64,000 nt of DNA from Acidimicrobiia bacterium (GCA_016871175.1 VFZL01000013.1:646-64645), one strand, 5' to 3'. Counted from the first letter of the stretch, positions 44,640-55,056 are shown. Made by a program: numbers and translations. Notes: generated by a model from the sequence alone, not told the origin.

Positions 44640-46631
44640 ATGATGGTTCCGTTCCGAGTCGCCTGTCTTGGTGTGCTGCTCGGCATCCTCCCGCTGACCG
44701 CGGCAGCGCAGACGAAGCCATCGGCTGCGCCTCAGGCGGGGCGCTCGACCGATCCCAAGACCGAGGCGTACGAGCAGTATCTGCTGGCGCAGCGACTCGA
44801 CGCGGCAAGAGAGCGAGACGCCGCCGTGGCGGCGTTGAAGCGCGCCATGACACTCGACCCGAGCTCGGCCGAGTTGCCGGCCGCGCTTGCGGACCTCTAC
44901 CTCGACATGGACCGCGCCGAGGAGGCGACGGCAGCGGCCGAGCAAGCCCTCAAGATCGATTCGACGAACCGCGACGCGCACCGCGTCCTTGGCACGTTGT
45001 TCGCCGCGGCAGCCACCGACGCCAAGGGACAGCGCGACGCGCGGCTGGGTTATCTCAAGAGCGCGATTTCCCATCTCGAGCAGGCGGCCGCCGATCGAGC
45101 GGGCTTGCAGGCCGACGCCAACCTGCGAGCCATGCTCGCGCGCCTGTACGTCCTTGGCAGCCAATACGACAGGGCGATCCCGCTTCTGACCGAGCTCGTT
45201 CAGCAGGAGGAGGGATGGCAGGACGGACCGGGGCTGCTCGTGGATGCGTATGTGTCCGCAGGCCGGACGGCGGACGCCATCGCCTGGCTGCAGCAGGCTG
45301 CGCCCGACAACCCCCGCCTGTATTCGACGCTTGCCGACCTGTACGGCCGGGAGCAGAAGTGGTCCGAGGCGGCGCGATCGTACGAAGAGGCGCTGCGCGT
45401 CTCGACGCGTAGCTTCGACCTGCGCGTGCGGTACGCATCGATGCTCTTGAACGTTGGGGGGGCCGACAATGTCGCCAAGGCCCGGGGCGCGCTACGCGAA
45501 GCGATTCAGATGCGCGGCACCGATGAGCGCGCCCTCTTCCTGCTCTCGACCGCTGAACGACTGACCCACGAGTTCGACAACGCGGAGAACGCCGCCCGAC
45601 GACTCATCACGCAGAATGGGCGGAACCCGCGAGGCTATACCGCGCTCGCCGAGGTGCTGGAGCAACGGCAGCGGTATCAAGCGGTCGTGGACGCGTTGGT
45701 GCCGGCGGTGGCTCAATTCCGGTCCGGCCAGAACTCGGCGTTTCCGCTCGGGCTTCTGCTGCCGCACGTCGGCTTCTCGTATTTGCAGCTGGGCAAGTAC
45801 CTCGAGGCGATCTCCGCCTTCGAGGAGGCTCAGAAGCTCGCTCCGCAGGATTCGACCGTGTCCGGGTTCCTGATTCAAGCGAACTTGTCGGCCAAGCGCT
45901 ATGGCGCCGCGGTGGATCTTGCCCGAGCGGCCCGCGCCGCGCATCCGAAAGAGTTGCGCTTCGCCCGCCTCGAATCGCAGGCGCTCCGGCAGAGCGGTAA
46001 GGTGGATGAGGGGCTGGCGATCCTCGAGAACCTGCTCAAGACAGAAGGCGATGATGCCGACGCGCATCTGATGCTCGCGCGCGCGTACGTCGATGCGAAC
46101 CGAGGGCCGCAAGCGGTTCGTGTGCTCCAGGACGCGCAGACGAAGTTCCCCGTGGACCCCAATCCGTCGTTCGAGCTCGGCGCTGTGCTGGAGAAACAGA
46201 AGCGCTACGGGGACGCCGAGACGGCGTTCAAGCAGGCGATCCAGCGCGATCCGGAGCACGCGCCGTCGCTGAACTACCTGGGGTACATGCTCGCCGAGCG
46301 AGGCGAGCGGCTCGACGAGTCGGTGACGTACATCAAGCGGGCGCTCGAGATCGAACCAAACAACGGCTCTTACCTCGATAGCCTCGGGTGGGCGTACTTC
46401 AAGGATGGCCGACTCGACCTGGCTGAGGAGAACCTGAAACGCGCGGCGAGCCAGTTGACGAGCAACGCCGTGATCCAGGATCACTACGGCGACGTGCTCT
46501 TCAAGCTGGGTCGTTTCCAAGACGCGATCGAAGCCTGGACCCGAGCCCTGTCAGGCGATGCGGACGAAATCGATCGCGGGTCGGTCGATCGAAAGATCAG
46601 GTCCGCCCGGCAGAAGCTTCCAAAGAAATGA
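44640..46631 (+). CDS. Secreted TPR-repeat protein
   Basis: Start at ATG 44640 (signal peptide MMVPFRVACLGVLLGILPLTAAAQ). 663 aa of repeated TPR-like A-x3-A/Y-x-x-A helices. The stop overlaps the next start (ATGA). Confidence 0.7.
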   Translation: MMVPFRVACLGVLLGILPLTAAAQTKPSAAPQAGRSTDPKTEAYEQYLLAQRLDAARERDAAVAALKRAMTLDPSSAELPAALADLYLDMDRAEEATAAAEQALKIDSTNRDAHRVLGTLFAAAATDAKGQRDARLGYLKSAISHLEQAAADRAGLQADANLRAMLARLYVLGSQYDRAIPLLTELVQQEEGWQDGPGLLVDAYVSAGRTADAIAWLQQAAPDNPRLYSTLADLYGREQKWSEAARSYEEALRVSTRSFDLRVRYASMLLNVGGADNVAKARGALREAIQMRGTDERALFLLSTAERLTHEFDNAENAARRLITQNGRNPRGYTALAEVLEQRQRYQAVVDALVPAVAQFRSGQNSAFPLGLLLPHVGFSYLQLGKYLEAISAFEEAQKLAPQDSTVSGFLIQANLSAKRYGAAVDLARAARAAHPKELRFARLESQALRQSGKVDEGLAILENLLKTEGDDADAHLMLARAYVDANRGPQAVRVLQDAQTKFPVDPNPSFELGAVLEKQKRYGDAETAFKQAIQRDPEHAPSLNYLGYMLAERGERLDESVTYIKRALEIEPNNGSYLDSLGWAYFKDGRLDLAEENLKRAASQLTSNAVIQDHYGDVLFKLGRFQDAIEAWTRALSGDADEIDRGSVDRKIRSARQKLPKK

Positions 46632-47470
46632 GTCGGCTCTCAACGGCGCGCACGGCGCGCCGGCGAGGAGCGGAACGCGTCGCTATCCTGGCGGTGTGCG
46701 GCGTGGTCGCGAGCGGATGTGGTGCGGCCCGGCAGCATCTCCCCAGCGGGCCCGGCGAGCCGGCGCCCGACGCTGCGTCCGCGTTCGGTGCGGCGGTGAC
46801 CGCGTGCCGAAACGTGACCTCGCTCACCGCCGAGATGGCGGTCAGAGGCACGGCGGCCGGACAGCGCCTGCGCGGGCGCGTGCTCGTTGGCGTCGCCGCG
46901 CCCGCCTCCGCGTTGCTCGACGCCGCGGCTCCGTTCGGCGCGTCACTGTTCATCTACGCGGCACACGAGGGCGACGCGACACTCCTCCTGCCGCGCGACC
47001 AGCGCGTGCTGCCTCATGGCGATCCGGCCAGTGTACTCGAGGCCGTCGCGGGTGTTCCGCTCGACCCGACTGATCTGCGACGGACGCTGACCGGCTGCAC
47101 CGTCGAGGGCGAGCCGCAATCCGGCCGGGCCTTCGGCGCATCGTGGCGCCTGGTCACTGTGAACGGAGACGAGGCGTATGTGCGGCGGGCCAACGGGGTG
47201 TGGCGACTGGTGGCGCTCGTGCACCACGGGAGCGGTGGGCGTGGATGGCGCGCCGACTATGCGGATTTTCAAGGCGATCTGCCTCGAACGATTCGGCTGA
47301 CGAGTGCTGATGACGCTCGCCGATTCGATCTGCACCTTCGGCTCTCCCAGGTCGAAGTCAATCCGACGCTCGGTACAGAGGTCTTCGCGCTGAGAGTCCC
47401 ACCGACGCTGTCACCGATCTCGCTCGAGGAACTCCGCCAGGCGGGACCGATGGGGGAGGCACCGCGATGA
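46628..47470 (+). CDS. LolB-like / DUF4292-like outer-membrane lipoprotein
   Basis: 280 aa with lipobox VVASGC. Sits immediately upstream of ispE and is translationally coupled to it, as lolB is in Proteobacteria. Sequence similarity itself was not verifiable by eye. Confidence 0.45.
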   Translation: MSRLSTARTARRRGAERVAILAVCGVVASGCGAARQHLPSGPGEPAPDAASAFGAAVTACRNVTSLTAEMAVRGTAAGQRLRGRVLVGVAAPASALLDAAAPFGASLFIYAAHEGDATLLLPRDQRVLPHGDPASVLEAVAGVPLDPTDLRRTLTGCTVEGEPQSGRAFGASWRLVTVNGDEAYVRRANGVWRLVALVHHGSGGRGWRADYADFQGDLPRTIRLTSADDARRFDLHLRLSQVEVNPTLGTEVFALRVPPTLSPISLEELRQAGPMGEAPR

Positions 47471-48423
47471 GCCAGCGCCTGCCGGTGCGCGTCCGCGCGT
47501 GTGCCAAGATCAACCTCACGCTGCGAGTTCTCGGCGTCAGGCCAGACGGCTATCATGAGTTGCGCACCGTCTTCCAGTCTGTCGCGCTGCACGATGAGCT
47601 CACCATCGAGTCGCAGCCGGGCGCCTTCGCGATCGCGTGTGACGATCCCAGGTGCCCAACCGACCGCATGAATCTGGTGTGGCGCGCTGCCGAGGCGGTG
47701 TGGCATGCGGCCGGACGACGCGGTCCCGTCAGTGGCGTGCGCGTGTCGATTCGGAAGCGGATTCCCATGCAGGCTGGACTCGGCGGTGGCAGCAGCGATG
47801 CCGCCTCCGTCCTACGCGTCTGTGCGGCGCTCTGGTGTCCCGGTCTCGACGGCGTCGAACTGGTACGGTTGGCCTCGTCGCTCGGTGCCGACGTCCCATT
47901 CTTCCTTCGGGGGGGAACGGCACTCGGCGTGGAGCGAGGTGATCGCGTGTTTCCGCTGGCCGACCGACCACGGTCGTGGGTGGTGCTCGCGCAGCCGGCG
48001 GCGCGGGTCAGCACCGCGGACGCCTATCGATGGTTCGATGAGTCGCCTGCCGGCAGCGGGATGCACGTGACCCGTCGGCGCTCGGGGAGGACTGAATCAT
48101 CCGTTCGAACCGGCGACGGTGGTTCTGGTCCGTACGGTGACGGCGGGAACGACCTGCAAGACCCAGTGGCACGCCACCACCCCATCATCCGCCGCCTCGT
48201 GCGAGACCTTTCCCGACATGGCGCCCAGTGGGCAGCCATGTCCGGCAGCGGCTCGGTGTGTTTTGGTCTGTTCTCGTCGCGCGCGGCCGCCCTCGCCGCG
48301 TCTAAGGCGCTGAGCGGTCGAGCCTGCCGCATCCTCGTCACGCGGACCCAGACGGCCCGCGAGTATGAGCGCGACGCGCGTCCCGTCATCCTCCAGTTTC
48401 GCCGCCGACTTGCCGGGCACTAA
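47467..48423 (+). CDS. ispE: 4-diphosphocytidyl-2-C-methyl-D-erythritol kinase
   Basis: 318 aa. Motifs AKINLTLRVLGVRPDGYHEL, IPMQAGLGGGSSDAA and MSGSGS. Contains a low-complexity insertion of about 25 aa. Confidence 0.9.
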   Translation: MSQRLPVRVRACAKINLTLRVLGVRPDGYHELRTVFQSVALHDELTIESQPGAFAIACDDPRCPTDRMNLVWRAAEAVWHAAGRRGPVSGVRVSIRKRIPMQAGLGGGSSDAASVLRVCAALWCPGLDGVELVRLASSLGADVPFFLRGGTALGVERGDRVFPLADRPRSWVVLAQPAARVSTADAYRWFDESPAGSGMHVTRRRSGRTESSVRTGDGGSGPYGDGGNDLQDPVARHHPIIRRLVRDLSRHGAQWAAMSGSGSVCFGLFSSRAAALAASKALSGRACRILVTRTQTAREYERDARPVILQFRRRLAGH

Positions 48424-48439
48424 GCCCATCGGCTACACT
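48410..48439 (+). promoter_or_regulatory. Candidate promoter upstream of tRNA-Gln/prs
   Basis: TTGCCG (48410-48415), 18 nt, TACACT (48434-48439). This would give a leader of about 155 nt before the tRNA. Confidence 0.25.
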
Positions 48440-48600
48440 TTCCGTTTGCGCCGCGTGGTTCCGGCACTCCTGACGATCTGTTTCTCCTAAGCGCCTGTTC
48501 GTCCTCGGTCTGAGATCGGTCTCTGTGCCGCTTTCGGTGCGGCGGACAGAGCATCGAGTGTCGGGAGGTGTTGGGTGGGCCGGGCGGTGCGAAGCGATGG

Positions 48601-48675
48601 TGGGGCGTGGCCAAGTGGTAAGGCGCGGGACTTTGGACCCCGTATTCGAAGGTTCGAATCCTTCCGCCCCAGCCA
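48601..48675 (+). tRNA. tRNA-Gln (anticodon TTG), CCA encoded
   Basis: TGGGGCG-TG-GCCA-AGTGGTA-AGGC-G-CGGGA-CTTTGGA-CCCCG-TATTC-GAAGG-TTCGAAT-CCTTC-CGCCCCA-G-CCA. Collinear with E. coli tRNA-Gln. Confidence 0.9.
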
Positions 48676-48693
48676 ACACCCGGAGCGAGGCGA

Positions 48694-49665
48694 GTGATAG
48701 GTGACGCCGTCATGGCAGCAACCGGCTTTGGAGAGCTGAAGATCTTCTCGGGCAGCGCGCATCCGGATTTGGCGAAGGACATCGCCGACTTCCTCGGTGT
48801 CAAGCCCGGACAGGCCAGGCTGCGCCGGTTTCCCGATACGGAAGTCTCGTTCCAGATCGACGAGAACATTCGCGGCACCGATGTGTTCGTGGTCCAACCG
48901 ACGTGTGCGCCCGTCGACCAGCACTTGGTCGAGCTGATGATCATGATCGACGCGTTTCGCCGCTCGTCGGCTGCGCGCATCACCGCGGTGCTGCCGTATT
49001 ACGGCTACGCGCGACAGGATCGCAAGGACAAGCCGCGCGTGCCGATCTCCGCCAAGCTCGTCGCGAACGTCCTCAGCGCTGCCGGCACGAATCGAGTGCT
49101 CACCATGGACTTGCATAAAGCGCAAATCCAGGGGTTCTTCGACATTCCGACCGACCATCTCTTTGCGGTCCCCATCATCCTCGACTACCTAACACGTTTG
49201 GACACGAAGAATCTGACGATGGTGGCGCCAGACGCCGGTGGTGCCGAGCGCGCGCGCGCGTATGCGAAGCGCCTGGGCGGAGAGCTGGCCGTGATCGACA
49301 AGCGGCGCAGCGAGGATGGCTCGACCGAGGTGATGAACGTCATCGGCGACGTGCAAGGGCGTACCTGCATCATTCAGGACGACATCGTCGATACCGCGGG
49401 CACCATCACGAAAGCGGCAACGGCATTGCAGGACAACGGCGCGGCCCGCGTGCTGGCGTGCGCGGTGCACGGCGTGCTGTCAGGGCCCGCGATCGAACGA
49501 ATCGAGCGTTCGCCAATCGACAAGATGATCGTGACCAACACGATTCCCCAGTCACGCGCGTCTGCGGCGTGCAGCAAGATCGTCGTGCTCTCGGTGGCGC
49601 GGCTGCTCGGTCAGGCCATCAAGAGCATTCACGAGGAGACGTCGGTCTCATCGTTGTTCGTGTAG
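48694..49665 (+). CDS. prs: Ribose-phosphate pyrophosphokinase
   Basis: 323 aa (GTG 48694, with GGAG 9 nt upstream; ATG 48712 is an alternative). Motifs LPYYGYARQDRK and DDIVDTAGT. Confidence 0.95.
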   Translation: MIGDAVMAATGFGELKIFSGSAHPDLAKDIADFLGVKPGQARLRRFPDTEVSFQIDENIRGTDVFVVQPTCAPVDQHLVELMIMIDAFRRSSAARITAVLPYYGYARQDRKDKPRVPISAKLVANVLSAAGTNRVLTMDLHKAQIQGFFDIPTDHLFAVPIILDYLTRLDTKNLTMVAPDAGGAERARAYAKRLGGELAVIDKRRSEDGSTEVMNVIGDVQGRTCIIQDDIVDTAGTITKAATALQDNGAARVLACAVHGVLSGPAIERIERSPIDKMIVTNTIPQSRASAACSKIVVLSVARLLGQAIKSIHEETSVSSLFV

Positions 49666-49677
49666 AGGAAGGACGAC

Positions 49678-50361
49678 ATGGAAGCGATACTCGAAGCACA
49701 GGGGCGGGACACGTTTGGCAAGAACGAAGCGCGGCGCACGCGAGCGAGCGGCCGGGTGCCCGCCGTCGTCTACGGCGCTCTGTCCGGACAAGGCGAGCGG
49801 AAGGCTCAACCGATTGCCGTCGATCCGAAAGCCCTCCTCCGGATTTTGCATTCCGGCGCGAACACACTGATCTCGTTGAATGTGGCGGGTTCGGGCGAAT
49901 CGAAGGTGCTCATCAAGGAGTACCAGCTCGATCCTGTCACGCATGCGGTGCTCCACGCGGACTTCTACCAGGTGGCGATGGATCGCGCCATCAAGGTGAC
50001 CATCCCCGTGCTCGTCAAGGGTGAGCCGAAGGGCGTGAAGCAGCAGGGCGGCATCCTGGAGTTCGTGCGACGCGAAATCGAGGTTGAGTGTCTGCCTGGC
50101 GACATTCCCGAGCACGTCGAAGTCGATGTCGCGGAGCTGATGGTGAACCAGGGCGTCCGGCTACGCGACGTCGCCACCGATCCCAAATGGAAGGCCGTCA
50201 CCGAGCCGGACACCTTGCTCGTGCACGTGATCCTGCCGAAGGCTGAGGAGGCCGCGTCGGCGGCCGCTGAGGGTGCGGCGGCTGCACCGGCGGCTGCGGC
50301 TGCGGAGCCTGAGGTGATCAAGAAGGGCAAGAAGGAAGAAGAGGGCGAGGCGAAGAAGTAG
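49678..50361 (+). CDS. rplY: 50S ribosomal protein L25 / general stress protein Ctc
   Basis: 227 aa. L25 N-terminal domain (GRVPAVVYG..) plus a Ctc-type C-terminal domain and an Ala/Glu/Lys-rich tail. Confidence 0.9.
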   Translation: MEAILEAQGRDTFGKNEARRTRASGRVPAVVYGALSGQGERKAQPIAVDPKALLRILHSGANTLISLNVAGSGESKVLIKEYQLDPVTHAVLHADFYQVAMDRAIKVTIPVLVKGEPKGVKQQGGILEFVRREIEVECLPGDIPEHVEVDVAELMVNQGVRLRDVATDPKWKAVTEPDTLLVHVILPKAEEAASAAAEGAAAAPAAAAAEPEVIKKGKKEEEGEAKK

Positions 50362-50400
50362 CCGACGTGACATAACGGCGGGGGGAGTGGCAGTCGACAG

Positions 50401-51039
50401 GTGAAGCTAGTAGTCGGTCTGGGCAACCCAGGGCCGAAGTATCACGGCACGCGACACAATATCGGCTTTGCCGTCGTCGACGAGTTGGCGCGGCGGGCCG
50501 GCGTGAGGTTCGAGTCAGCGCCGGTCGACGCCGTGGTGGCGAAGATCCACGGCGCGGCCGGTGGCGATTCGGTCCTGTTGGCCAAGCCGATGACCTTCAT
50601 GAACCGGAGCGGCGAGGCGGTCGGTGCGTTGCTTCGGTACTTCAGGGTCGATCCGGCCGATGTGCTCGTCATCGTCGATGAGATCCAGCTTCCGCTTGCC
50701 CGTCTTCGCGCCCGTGCGCGCGGGTCAGCGGGCGGACATAACGGATTGAAGTCGATCGAGGCGCACCTGGGCGCGGACTACGCGCGCTTGAGGGTGGGCG
50801 TGGGTCGAGGTGAAGCGCGTCGCGACTTGGCGGATCATGTGCTCGCGAGATTCGATCGCGACGAGGCGGCGGAGGTCGAGGCGATGACCATGAGAGCCGC
50901 CGATGCCGCCGAAACGTTCGTGGCCGAGGGCATTCGGGCGATGATGAATCGCTTCAACGCGGCGGCCGACAGTCAGACCTCTGGGGAGGGGGCCTCAGAG
51001 GACTCGGCCGGGGGCGGGACCCCGGAGAGCGAGCGGTGA
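50401..51039 (+). CDS. pth: Peptidyl-tRNA hydrolase
   Basis: GTG start. Motifs MKLVVGLGNPGPKYHGTRHNIGF and GGHNGLKS. Has a C-terminal low-complexity extension. Confidence 0.95.
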   Translation: MKLVVGLGNPGPKYHGTRHNIGFAVVDELARRAGVRFESAPVDAVVAKIHGAAGGDSVLLAKPMTFMNRSGEAVGALLRYFRVDPADVLVIVDEIQLPLARLRARARGSAGGHNGLKSIEAHLGADYARLRVGVGRGEARRDLADHVLARFDRDEAAEVEAMTMRAADAAETFVAEGIRAMMNRFNAAADSQTSGEGASEDSAGGGTPESER

Positions 51040-51111
51040 CCCCCGATACCACTTCTTGCCGCCTGAGGCGGCCACGACGCGGTAACCGCGTCGCGTCCAG
51101 AAGGAGTTGCA

Positions 51112-51561
51112 ATGGCAGGTCGACAATACGAGCTGATCTACATCTTGCCGCCCGATACCACCGACGAACAGGCGGCCGAGTTACACACGCAGGTTGAGGG
51201 CATCGTCTCGCGGCTGCACGGTCAGATCGACAAGACCGAGAACTGGGGGCGTCGGAAGCTCGCGTACGAGATCGGTCACTTCAAGGAGGGAGTCTACGTC
51301 CTGGAGGTGCTCAACGGCAGTGGGGAGCTCATGAAGGAGCTCGATCGGCGCCTGCGAGTGATGGATCAGGTGATTCGTCACATGATCGTGCGTGTCGATG
51401 AAGAGAAGAAGGTCATCGATCGAACGCGAACGAAGCGCCAGACCCAGTCCGAAGGCCGTCGCGTGAGGCGCGGCCTGCCGCCGGTCCGACAGCCCGGTGA
51501 GGGCCGAGGTTCCGACAACGACGACGCGGATGACGACCGGTTCGAAGGGATGGAGGTCTGA
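51112..51561 (+). CDS. rpsF: 30S ribosomal protein S6
   Basis: 149 aa. [21 protein letters not shown] plus an acidic C-terminal tail. Confidence 0.95.
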   Translation: MAGRQYELIYILPPDTTDEQAAELHTQVEGIVSRLHGQIDKTENWGRRKLAYEIGHFKEGVYVLEVLNGSGELMKELDRRLRVMDQVIRHMIVRVDEEKKVIDRTRTKRQTQSEGRRVRRGLPPVRQPGEGRGSDNDDADDDRFEGMEV

Positions 51562-51563
51562 CC

Positions 51564-51860
51564 ATGGCAATGGGGCAGAGGCGCTCGGGTGGTCGCGGGC
51601 GTGGCGACAAGAAGAGTGCCGACAAGCAGCAAGGGCAGCGACGCCCGATGTTTCGCCGCCGCAAGGTCTGCAAGTTCTGCGCGGACAAGATTGACGACAT
51701 CAACTACAAGGACGTGAAGCTCCTGGGAGCGTTCGTCCCCGAGCGGGGCAAGATCCTGCCGCGCCGGATCTCCGGAACCTGCGCGATGCACCAGCGCAAG
51801 TTGCAGACGGCGATCAAGCGCGCGCGTCAGGTCGCTCTGATTCCTTATGTAACGGACTAG
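51564..51860 (+). CDS. rpsR: 30S ribosomal protein S18
   Basis: 98 aa. Motifs [19 protein letters not shown] and [16 protein letters not shown]. Confidence 0.95.
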   Translation: MAMGQRRSGGRGRGDKKSADKQQGQRRPMFRRRKVCKFCADKIDDINYKDVKLLGAFVPERGKILPRRISGTCAMHQRKLQTAIKRARQVALIPYVTD

Positions 51861-51965
51861 ATGTATTGACGATTCGGGTGGTTCGGGCCGGGCCCTGCCA
51901 GGCTTCGGCTCGCGCTCTCAGCAATCGCCCATCTCGGTTCCGTTGTTTTCTGATCGAGGTCTGAT

Positions 51966-52430
51966 ATGGAAGTCATCCTTCGTGAGCACGTGGATCACTT
52001 GGGCCGTCGCGGCGAGATCGTGAAGGTCGCCGACGGGTACGCGCGCAACTACCTGCTGCCGCGGAACCTGGCGTTGCCGGCGACCGAAGGCAACAGGAAG
52101 CAGGTCGAGCGCCAGCGCGCGATGTTCGAGGCGAAGGAAACCGAGGATCGCGCTGCGGCACAGCGTGTCGCCGATCGAATTGCCGGCATCGAGGTCGTGA
52201 TCGCGCGTCGCGTCGGCGAGACCGAGGCGTTGTACGGTTCGGTGACGAGTGCCGACATCGCCGAAGCGCTCGCTGCCAAGGGCTATGAGATCGATCGCCG
52301 CAAGCTGCAGTTGGAGGAAGCCATCAAGCGCATCGGCGACTTCGATGTGCCGGTGAAGTTGTTCCGCGATGTCACGTCGACCGTAAAAGTACACGTCGTT
52401 CCAGCGGGCGCAGCTGCACCGCAGGAGTAG
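51966..52430 (+). CDS. rplI: 50S ribosomal protein L9
   Basis: 154 aa. N-terminus MEVILREHVDHLGRRGEIVKVADGYARNYLLPRNLA. Confidence 0.95.
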   Translation: MEVILREHVDHLGRRGEIVKVADGYARNYLLPRNLALPATEGNRKQVERQRAMFEAKETEDRAAAQRVADRIAGIEVVIARRVGETEALYGSVTSADIAEALAAKGYEIDRRKLQLEEAIKRIGDFDVPVKLFRDVTSTVKVHVVPAGAAAPQE

Positions 52431-52480
52431 GGCCGCTGCCCAACGACGCGCGTCGCCGAGATTCAGCAGGTGATCGAAGA

Positions 52481-52520
52481 GGCCGGCGTGAATAGTCACG
52501 CCGGCCTTCGTGTTTTTCGG
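52481..52520 (+). terminator. Intrinsic terminator after rplI
   Basis: An 11-bp stem, GGCCGGCGTGA-ATAG-TCACGCCGGCC, followed by TTCGTGTTTTTCGG. Confidence 0.7.
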
Positions 52521-52545
52521 CTACACTTTGTCTCTCCCCACCGTC

Positions 52546-53898
52546 ATGGCCGAATCCGTCGTCGCTGAGCGCACGCTGCCGCACAATCTCGAAGCTGAGC
52601 GCTCGGTCCTCGGCGCCATTCTGCTCCACAACGACGCATTCAATCTGGCTGCTGAGATCATTGACGCGGAGGACTTCTTCCGCGACGCGCATCGCCGCAT
52701 CTTCGAGAAGATGGTGAAGCTCTCCGAGCGAGGTGACGCGATCGATCTGGTGACGTTGAAAGATGAACTGCAGCGCGCGGGTGAAGTCGAGGCAGTCGGA
52801 GGGCCGGCGTACATCGCCGCGCTCGTCGATGGCGTTCCACGGTCAACGAACGTCGAGCACTACGCGCGCATCATCAAGGAGAAGGCGACGCTCCGGAGCC
52901 TGATCTTCTCGGCCAACAAGATTCTGTCGAACGCGTATCAGGCCGAGGAGGACGCTGACGTCATCCTTGACCAGGCCGAGCACGCGATCTTCGCGATTGC
53001 CGACGACAAGGTCCGAGACGGCTTCACCTCGTTGCGAGACTTGGCCCAGGGTAGTCTCGACACGATCGAGCGGCTGCACGCGCGAAAGGAGCTGGTCACC
53101 GGAGTGCCCACCGGTTTCACCGATCTGGACGAGATGACGTCGGGCCTCCAGCCATCCGATCTCGTTATCGTCGCGGCGCGTCCATCGATGGGGAAGACCA
53201 GCCTCGTGATGAACATGGCGCAGCACGTCGGCACGAAGACCGACATGACCGTCGGTGTGTTCAGCCTCGAGATGTCGAAGGAGCAGCTGTTCCTGCGCCT
53301 GCTCACGTCCGAGGCAAGGATTGACGCGCATCGCCTGCGCGGAGGGTTCTTGGGCGAAAAGGACTGGGGACGGCTCGCGCAAGCCATCGGGACGCTGAGC
53401 GACGCAAAGATCTTCATCGACGACACGCCTTCCATCGGTGTCCTCGAGATGCGTGCGAAGTGTCGGCGGCTTTCGTCGGAACACGGCCTCCACATGGTGA
53501 TCGTCGACTACATCCAGCTCATGCAGGGGCGTGGCCGCTTCGAGAACCGCACGCTCGAGTTGGGGTCCATCTCGCGTTCGCTCAAGGGTCTGGCCAAGGA
53601 GCTGCGGGTGCCGATCGTGGTGCTCTCGCAGCTCAGCCGCGCCACGGAATCACGGTCCGATCATCGGCCGCAGTTGTCCGACTTGCGAGAGTCTGGTGCG
53701 CTCGAGCAGGACGCCGACGTGGTGATGTTCATCTACCGTGAGGATCAATACGCCGACAAGAGTGCGCCCCCCTCCGAGAACGCGGGGATTGCCGAGATCA
53801 TCATCGGCAAGCAACGGAACGGTCCGACCGGCGTCGTGAAGCTGGCGTTTCTCCGCGAGTTCACCCGCTTCGAAAATCTGGCGACCCACGTCGACTAG
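52546..53898 (+). CDS. dnaB: Replicative DNA helicase DnaB
   Basis: Trimmed to ATG 52546 (MAESVVAERTLPHNLEAERSVLGAILL). Walker A is ARPSMGKTS; also IVDYIQLM and SQLSR. Confidence 0.9.
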   Translation: MAESVVAERTLPHNLEAERSVLGAILLHNDAFNLAAEIIDAEDFFRDAHRRIFEKMVKLSERGDAIDLVTLKDELQRAGEVEAVGGPAYIAALVDGVPRSTNVEHYARIIKEKATLRSLIFSANKILSNAYQAEEDADVILDQAEHAIFAIADDKVRDGFTSLRDLAQGSLDTIERLHARKELVTGVPTGFTDLDEMTSGLQPSDLVIVAARPSMGKTSLVMNMAQHVGTKTDMTVGVFSLEMSKEQLFLRLLTSEARIDAHRLRGGFLGEKDWGRLAQAIGTLSDAKIFIDDTPSIGVLEMRAKCRRLSSEHGLHMVIVDYIQLMQGRGRFENRTLELGSISRSLKGLAKELRVPIVVLSQLSRATESRSDHRPQLSDLRESGALEQDADVVMFIYREDQYADKSAPPSENAGIAEIIIGKQRNGPTGVVKLAFLREFTRFENLATHVD

Positions 53899-53901
53899 TC
53901 C

Positions 53902-55053
53902 GTGATGCGGCGCGAGCAGGGCTTCATGGTCCGACCAACCGTCGCGCGCATCGACCTCAAGGCGTTGACGGCCAATTACCGTACGCTGGCGGAGTCGCTC
54001 GGGCGCGAGCCCTCCGACAACGGCCAGACGCCCGGCATCATCGCTGTCGTGAAAGCGAATGCCTACGGGCACGGGGCGGTACCGGTCGCCCGCGCCCTCG
54101 AGCAGGCTGGAGCCGACCTGCTGGCATGCGCGGATATCGAGGAGGGGACGTCGTTGCGCGCCGCCGGCGTGACCGCAGAGATCCTGGTGTTCGGCGCGCT
54201 GAGCGTCAGCGAGCTGGACGGCATCTTCGATGGCCGCCTCACGCCGACCATTTCAACCCCGGGCGCGGCAAAGGCGGTGCAGGCGGCGGCCGCTCGCTAC
54301 AGGCAGCGCCTGCGATATCACCTCAAGATTGACACCGGGATGAATCGACTCGGGTTTCGGTTCGACAACCTGGCGCGTACGTTGCCCGCGGTGCTCGCGA
54401 GCCCGAACCTCGAGCTCGACGCGGTGTACACGCACTTCGCGACTGCCGACGAGCCGGGGTCGCCGCTCTTCGAGCGGCAGCGTGCACGCTTTCTCGACGC
54501 GCTACGCCAGATTGACGCGCTCGGCGCACGGCCCCGATACCGGCATGCCGCCAACTCGGCCGCGCTGCTCCGCGATGCGCGGGTGTGGTACGAGCGCGTG
54601 CGTCCGGGTCTCCTGTTGTACGGCGTGGCGCCGCCCCCGCTGGCCTCGACGTTGCCGCTGACGGCTGTGATGACGCTCCGCAGCCGGGTGGTTGCCGTCA
54701 AGGGCATGAGGACCGGCGAGTCCACGGGCTACGGCGCGCGATTCGTGGCGGAGCGCCCCACCACGCTCGCGATCGTGCCCGCGGGGTATACCGACGGTCT
54801 GGATCTGCGCCTCGCAGGACGTGGTGTCGTCTTGGTTCGCGGTCGACGCGCGCCGGTGGTGGGCTCGGTGTGTATGGACATGCTGATGGCCGACGTCACC
54901 GGCCTCGAGGTGTCGCCCGGAGACGAAGTCGTGCTCATCGGCGAGCAGGGTGGCGATCGGATCGATGTGCGGGAGATGGCGGCGACCATCGGCACGATTC
55001 CGTGGGAAATCCTGTGTCGCGTCGGATCGCGGATCGAACGCCTGTACGATTGA
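53902..55053 (+). CDS. alr: Alanine racemase
   Basis: PLP-lysine motif AVVKANAYGHG and C-terminal ..VPWEILCRV. The start is uncertain (GTG 53902, ATG 53905 or ATG 53926). Confidence 0.9.
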   Translation: MMRREQGFMVRPTVARIDLKALTANYRTLAESLGREPSDNGQTPGIIAVVKANAYGHGAVPVARALEQAGADLLACADIEEGTSLRAAGVTAEILVFGALSVSELDGIFDGRLTPTISTPGAAKAVQAAAARYRQRLRYHLKIDTGMNRLGFRFDNLARTLPAVLASPNLELDAVYTHFATADEPGSPLFERQRARFLDALRQIDALGARPRYRHAANSAALLRDARVWYERVRPGLLLYGVAPPPLASTLPLTAVMTLRSRVVAVKGMRTGESTGYGARFVAERPTTLAIVPAGYTDGLDLRLAGRGVVLVRGRRAPVVGSVCMDMLMADVTGLEVSPGDEVVLIGEQGGDRIDVREMAATIGTIPWEILCRVGSRIERLYD

Positions 55054-55056
55054 GCG

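Noticed and set aside
48430-48441. Shared 12-mer CGGCTACACTTT upstream of tRNA-Gln (48430-48441) and upstream of dnaB (52518-52529), considered as a possible conserved promoter or regulatory box.
   Set aside because: For 64 kb, on the order of 100 chance 12-mer pairs are expected. The dnaB copy has no acceptable -35 element. I kept only the tRNA-Gln one, as a low-confidence promoter.
51040-51111. Two small hairpins (GCCGCC-TGA-GGCGGC and GACGCGG-TAA-CCGCGTC) upstream of rpsF, considered as the S6:S18-binding rpsF leader.
   Set aside because: I cannot reproduce the published consensus from memory well enough to call it. This needs an Rfam scan. It is left as a note only.
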